A stretch of 15,950 bases of DNA from positions 1 to 15,950 of the forward strand of contig NW_021825321.1 in assembly GCF_006345805.1 (NCBI RefSeq), in the 5' to 3' direction. The notes beneath the pieces were generated by a model, which made no database searches, was not told the origin of the DNA, and saw only the letters and a program-made list of their open reading frames with translations. The DNA comes from Octopus sinensis. Taxonomy: Eukaryota. Shown piece by piece: positions 10,174 through 15,950 of this stretch. A program made the position numbers and the translations under genes. Each line of letters begins with the position of its first letter. The first letter of the stretch is position 1.

Positions 10174-10348
10174 TATATATACGCATGTGGAAGCAGAAAA
10201 ACCTCCTTTACATTACACGACTGTTGTAAAGTTGTGCAACTGATAATGGCGTTTTTTTCCATGTAGCATGTGTTTTATTGTTGTTTTTCAAATAATGTTA
10301 TAGCTGGAATCAGTCCAAAACGTGCGTTTGCATACATACATACATACA

Positions 10349-10383
<35 letters not shown>

Positions 10384-10700
10384 GTATGTATGTATATATG
10401 TATGTATTTGTGTGTCTCTGTTTGTCCGCCATTGCCTGACAATCGATGCTGGTGTGTTGACCTCCCTGTAACTTAGCGGTTCGGCAAAGGGAAACGATAG
10501 AATAATTCTAGGTTTACAAAGAATAAGTCCGGGGGTGGGGGCGATTTTTTCGACTAAAGGCGGTGCTCCAGCATGGCCGCAGTCAAATGACTGAAACAAG
10601 TAAGATAAAAAAAGAATATATATTTATATACGCATGCGGTAGCAGAAAAACCTCCATTACTTTACACGACTATGGTTGTAAAGTTGTGCAGCTGATAATG
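10174..10700 (+). repeat. ~75-bp direct repeat pair (10174-10248 and 10625-10700)
   Basis: tatatacgcatg(t/c)gg(a/t)agcagaaaaacctcc(t/a)ttac(a/t)ttacacgact..gttgtaaagttgtgca(a/g)ctgataatg is present twice. Confidence 0.93.
10409..10616 (+). mobile_element. tRNA-SINE family A, 3' half
   Basis: Highly similar to 1565-1774 (cgactaaaggcggtgctccagcatggccgcagtcaa..gactgaaacaagta). Confidence 0.9.
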
Positions 10701-10702
10701 AT

Positions 10703-10886
10703 GTGGCTGTGTGGTAAGTAGCTTGGTTCCGGGTTCAGTCCCAATGCGTGGCACCTTGGGCAAGTGTATTCTACTATAGCCTCGGGAAGACCAAAGCCTT
10801 GTGAGTGGATTTGGTAGACGGAAACTGAAAGAAGTCCGTTGAATATTATATATATATATATAATATATATATGTATATATATATAT

Positions 10887-10924
<38 letters not shown>

Positions 10925-11146
10925 GTGTGTGTGGTGTGTGTGTTTGTCCGCCCAACATCGCTTGACAACCGATGTTGGTGTGTTTAAGTACCCGTACATT
11001 AGCGGTTCGGCAAAAGACTTCGATAGAATATGTACTAGGCTTACAAAGAATAAGTTCTGGGGTCGATTTGCTCGACTAAAGGCGGTGCTCCAGCATGGCC
11101 GCATTCAAATGACTGTAATAAGTAAAAGAATAAAGGGATAAAAGAA
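10703..11146 (+). mobile_element. tRNA-SINE family A, near full-length
   Basis: Colinear with 1377-1774. It lacks the first ~9 nt and a 15-nt piece of the tRNA head, and has an expanded internal (TA)n(TG)n tract at about 10843-10942. Confidence 0.92.
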
Positions 11147-11511
11147 TATGTGTGTGTGCATGTGCATGCGTGTGTGTGTGTGTGTGTGTGTATGTGTGTG
11201 AGTGTGGACAAATAATGGACTAAGCGTAGCAGGAAGATGCACGAGGAGAGAAAGTGTCGCTGAAGAGTTCACATATATGTGACGAAAGATTTCCAGACAA
11301 TGGACATCAGTTAAAATAAGAGCAGCAATAAACGAATGAAGAACGAATATATAGTGCGTGTGTTTATTTGGCAAAAAAGAAAAAAATAACCATCCCAAAA
11401 TGCAAAACAAGGTGGAAAAAGTACTCGAATGCTGAAGGTAGAGAAATAGGCTTTTTATTAAAGTTGCTATGTGATGTTTTTGCAGCTTTACTAAAAAAAA
11501 ATTCTAGATGC

Positions 11512-11801
11512 AGTAGTTGTATGCTGTCAACTTAAGGTAACAGTCCCATGAAGGGAATAATACTACTGCTATTTAGCCCTAGGAAGCAGCACCGCTTCCT
11601 GTGAAGACGAGCAATGACTCAGAAACTAGGCTCTGGTTGCTGGCTTAGTTGGGTGGAGGTGCTTATCTCCCCCTTGTAAACATAAGGACTCAGGAAATGT
11701 GTCAAGGGTGACAGAAAACGGTGCTGCTTCCTAGGGCTAAATAGCAGTTGTATTATTCCCTTCATGGGACTGTCACATTAAGTTGGCAGCATACAACTAC
11801 T
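11512..11801. repeat. Long inverted repeat (fold-back, MITE-like): 91-bp arms, 108-nt spacer
   Basis: 11512-11602 matches the reverse complement of 11711-11801 with 6 mismatches and no gaps. Confidence 0.97.
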
Positions 11802-11978
11802 TTATTGTATCACGACTGTATAAATCTCTCTGAGAGATTTAAAAATATTTTTTTTAATTTTTGTCTGTCTGTCTGTCTCTCTCTCTATACACACACACAC
11901 ACAAATGTTTGTGTAGGTGTTTGAGCTTTTGGGGAATAGTATGTCTCGAAGTATACATATAAATCTATAAATAATGGT

Positions 11979-12111
11979 ATATAGATACTGGGTATAAAAT
12001 CCTTCTTAGATAGAAAGAGTCAAAGACTGTCCAAAGAAAATTTGGTTTTGTATCCCACGGGCAACCTTCGACTCTTTTTATACAAAGGGTTTTTCAACCC
12101 AATATTTATAT
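11979..12111. repeat. Degenerate inverted repeat, ~46-bp arms
   Basis: atactgggtataaaatccttcttagatagaaagagtcaaag aligns with the reverse complement of the right arm, atattgggttgaaaaaccctttgtataaaaagagtcgaag. Confidence 0.7.
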
Positions 12112-12144
12112 GATACTACTGATTGCTTTATATGTGTGCTTCAA

Positions 12145-12229
<85 letters not shown>

Positions 12230-12230
12230 G

Positions 12231-12446
12231 ACATGCATATATGGGTACAGGACGTCATAGAACGTAAACAACATGAAATGCAAAATACGAAAACCTGGAA
12301 TACGAACTTTTTGGTGAACAACGAAAGAAACAAATGGAAAACAAGGCAAGCAACATGTTCGCAAAAAATGTTCGTATTCCATGTTTTCGTATGTCGTATT
12401 TTATGTTGTTTACGTTCTATGACGTCCTGTACCCATATATGCTTGT
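12231..12446. repeat. Long inverted repeat (fold-back): ~90-bp arms, ~35-nt spacer
   Basis: 12231-12320 pairs with 12356-12446. The + and - ORFs of the track both read HIWVQDVIERKQH..TKTWNTN, confirming the symmetry. Confidence 0.96.
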
Positions 12447-13333
12447 GTATATAGATATATATGTATGTAAATACATATAAGTATACATGCATACATATAT
12501 ATATATATATATATAATATTTAATATTATTATATAACTGAACGCCACGCATCTTAATATTTTTTTGATGCGAGACTTGTTTTATTCTATTTCTAATTCTC
12601 TTTCGTTTCCTCTCTTTTCCATTATCTAATTCGTTTATTCTCCCCCTCTATCCCTTTCGTTTTTCTCTCTCTCATCATTTCTCTAATTCTTTTCCTCTCC
12701 CCTTCACCGTTCTCCATCTGTCCCTCTCTCTTCCACACTCTTCCTCCTTTACTCTCTCGTTGCTTACACGTAACCATTGGCCATCTTTCTTTTCCTAACT
12801 TGAGTCTCTTTTCTTGCGATCAGCTACAAGAGATCAGACGCATCCTTGTCTGTCTCCTGTCAAAGTTTGTTTCTCCATCGTTTCTCTTTCCCCTTTCTGA
12901 CAATGAGCTATGCTCGAAAAGTCAAATCCTTTCACCGAGCGTCAAGCTAACACTTTTCTTGTGCACGTCCTCACGTTGTCCGTGTTTTTCATTCGTTAAT
13001 ATGAATTGTTTGTTTATGTGAATTGGCTTCATATATATATATATATACGTTTAAATATTTGTTGTGCAAGATTTTTTATGTTTTTTATACATATATATAT
13101 AAAGGAATAAATAAATAAGGAATAAAGGAATAAATAAAGGAATTTTGTTAATTTGTCGTTCAACTCCATTCTTTCATTTATTTGTATTAAAAAAAAACAC
13201 ACAAATTTCCACACGATAGCACGTGATCTCTGCCCTAGGCATGTAGCTTCAACCGTGTTTTTCTGACGTGAATTTGCTACCCAGGTATCGGTTAACCGAA
13301 TTATCCATAATAAGATAATTCATTCAACTACTC

Positions 13334-13388
<55 letters not shown>

Positions 13389-13668
13389 CATATATGTATG
13401 TGTGTGAGTGTGAGTGGGTATGAGTGTGAGTGCATCTATACACACGCACACATACACATAGTTATAATTTGAAGCTATAATAAATATCATTATATCAGTG
13501 GCTAGCATATAAGAAACGACCATATCGGTAAAATTAAATTGTAAGTATATAATTAAAAAAATATAAATATGATTAAGGCCGCTGGAATGACAGCGCCTAT
13601 ACGCTAGAAGTAGACGTCAAATACCTACAAATCCAATTTGTTCTCTATTTAAAACAAATGAGAGGAAA

Positions 13669-13697
13669 TATATATATATATATATATAGATAGATAT

Positions 13698-13761
<64 letters not shown>

Positions 13762-13777
13762 TAGATAGATAGATAGA
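13669..13777. repeat. (TA)n-(TAGA)n microsatellite
   Basis: Directly visible. One of many (TA)n, (CA)n, (CATA)n and (AG)n tracts, e.g. 135-209, 426-458, 1020-1160, 1778-1817, 2343-2470, 3447-3505, 13337-13380, 15688-15722. Confidence 0.97.
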
Positions 13778-14947
13778 GGGAAAGCAAAAGTGAACACTTA
13801 TGATATATAGTTTTATGTGATGTGCTCGAGAGCAAATATTCTTAGAAAGAATTACATAGATACATTATGTACGTACTTACGTATGTATGGATGTATGTAT
13901 GTATGTATGTATGTATGTATGTATGTATTATGTATGTATGTATGTATGTATTTATGTATGTGCAGGATGCAGCAGAAAAAGTCAAGATCGTTTTGTATTT
14001 TAAATGGCCATTGGCGTAGTGTTAATAAAGATTGGCAATGTGTAACGGTGTCTTCACGTAGCTAATGTTTTATAGTAAGTCTTCTTTAATTACCATTACA
14101 GCTTAAAGCAGTGAACACTGTGATTGCTTTTGGAACTTTTAGGAAGGGAAATTACTTGTCTCTTTAGGTTGTTTAATTGATTACCGAAATATTTCTTCTC
14201 TTTATTGTAGGTCTTGTGTTATTCATATTATTTTGTTTGCGAGGGTTCGATGCCCTTGTTGCAGTTTTGTTTATTGTGTGGCTCTGCATTTCATAGCACA
14301 AATTGCATCTTGATGTCACCTTCATTGATATTTTAAAATTTTATAAACGCAATTGAATGTGATAGATATCACAGCATGAACACCTGCTCCTATTTTAGTT
14401 GTGATATCACTGATTTTATTAATGTCTTTATTTCAAACCGCTGGTATTCAATGTGCTGCAGGTTCAATGACACTTAATCCTTTGCTGTCTTTTGAAGGTT
14501 GTTAAGAAACTATATTGTTTGGAGCGACTTGACTCTGTGGAGTAGCTCCTAGCTTGCCTCTTCTCATCAATGCACTGCAATCATTTCCTTGGTTCAAATA
14601 TTTTCTTCTGACCTGATTGATTTTTAAGGACACGTTGATTCATGCAAAATATTCTGCAACTGTATATCATTGGTTGCTTGCATGAACCATTCAACGACGG
14701 CCATTGCAGATGGAGAACTCATACCTCCCAGTTCTTGGGATCTTCTGTTGGAATCTTTCCGAAGTCGTTTACGTAAATTGATAGGTTCTTTTTCACGAAA
14801 GACAAAGGCTGCTGTATGAAATAATAATATCCTTGGAGCCATATTTACAGACACGCACACATGCACACACATACACACGCGCGCGCACACACAAACACAC
14901 ACACACACAAACACACACTGAGTAGCGGCGGATCTCCATCATTTTCA

Positions 14948-15080
14948 ACAACGAGAATCCAGTTGTTATATAACTGAGTTACCTGTTCCTGTATTAACGT
15001 GGCCGAATATTCCGCTGTACAAGTTCCCTTAATGTAACCCTCGGAAAAATCTGCGTGACCCACTGCATGTGACAAGGCTG
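14948..15080 (-). mobile_element. SINE family C, very diverged 3' fragment
   Basis: aacgagaatccagttg...cccttaatgtaaccctc...cgtgac parallels 15113-15240 (aacgagtgttccagttg...cctttaaagtagacctc...cgtgat). Confidence 0.5.
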
Positions 15081-15104
15081 TATTCTTGGTCTAGCCCTCC
15101 TCCC

Positions 15105-15400
15105 ATTACAGTAACGAGTGTTCCAGTTGATTCGATGAACCGAGCAACCTGCTCATGAAATTGACGCGTAAGTGGCTGTGCATTCCACAGACACCTGATC
15201 CCGTACCTTTAAAGTAGACCTCAGGTAGATTAACCGTGATACAGAATATGAGTTGGCCAGCCCTTTGAATTACAACTGCAACTCATTTTTGAGACAACTG
15301 GAGCAACATATATAAAGTGTCTTGTTCAAGGACACAATGTGAGGCCGGGAATCGAACTCACAACCTTACGATCGTGAGTCGAATACCCTAGACACTTGAA
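15105..15400 (-). mobile_element. tRNA-SINE family C, diverged
   Basis: Minus-strand B box gagttcgattccc (15347-15359). The segments ttgtgtccttgaacaagac, aaaaatgagt and atcaactggaacac are shared with 9436-9762. Confidence 0.85.
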
Positions 15401-15418
15401 CTGCTGGTATCATATATC

Positions 15419-15588
15419 CGACGAATTTCTATACATTTTTCCCCTACCCGATTTCGCTTACCACATATGGGTTCACCTGGAGGTATAGAAAATATGACAT
15501 TTACTCGACATGCGTACCAATGGGATCGAACCCGGGACTTCATGATTGTGAAGCAAACTTCTAAAACTATTCAGATATAGAGCACCTA
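15419..15588 (-). mobile_element. tRNA-SINE family A, old 5' half
   Basis: Minus-strand B box gggttcgatccc (15522-15533). Colinear with the reverse complement of 1366-1530 but heavily diverged. Confidence 0.7.
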
Positions 15589-15679
15589 AGTTTCAGATGG
15601 AAAATTACGCAATGCTTCACAGTACAACACGTGCGCAGGTGTACTAAGTCAAATCATGCACACCCCATTGTACTATATT

Positions 15680-15724
<45 letters not shown>

Positions 15725-15950
15725 CACACACAATTTGTATGTGAGACTGGGTATGCACACGTACGTATGTATGTGTGTGGTGTGTGTGTGTCTATATATG
15801 TATATAAATATATACCAAACACATTTATGTTTGAGTCTAGGTATGTACGTACCTATGTATGTATATATAAATATATGTATGTGTGTATATATATATTATA
15901 TATATAGATATATAATATATATATATATACATACGTTTTATTTAAAAGCA

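Noticed and set aside
13260-13325. Short palindromes (ggttaacc, gaattatc..gataattc) and a minus-strand GAUAC-CUGGGUA
   Set aside because: It looks like a very decayed hammerhead but lacks a CUGANGA box and an intact GAAA.
14190-14340. Strong + strand acceptor ttcttctctttattgtag (14210), and a similar one at 9214
   Set aside because: The downstream frames stop quickly with no recognisable peptide or matching donor.
14624-14914. 96-aa minus-strand ORF as a standalone gene
   Set aside because: Its N-terminus is a (TG)n repeat. Only the inner part is kept, as a low-confidence exon candidate.

Overview
This is AT-rich, microsatellite-saturated eukaryotic DNA, probably intronic or intergenic. The SINE and microsatellite landscape suggests a cephalopod such as Octopus (inference). 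No intact protein-coding gene is recognisable, and nearly all ORFs in the track are simple-repeat or SINE artefacts. Supported features are: (i) about 12 copies or fragments of four tRNA-derived SINE families; (ii) a decayed 3' end of a restriction-like-endonuclease (R4/Dong-type) non-LTR retrotransposon at 5327-6515 (-); (iii) an adjacent decayed 5' end of a mariner transposon at 6520-7030 (-); (iv) a 477-bp-period direct repeat enclosing a near-intact minimal hammerhead ribozyme at 835-880, the signature of a Penelope-like element, plus several decayed hammerhead-like motifs elsewhere; (v) five fold-back inverted repeats, three with arms of about 90 bp. A speculative chain of phase-compatible minus-strand exons, including an AG|GT site or 7-nt microexon, is also noted. 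I see no clearly novel system. The best leads are the hammerhead/Penelope debris and the fold-back cluster.
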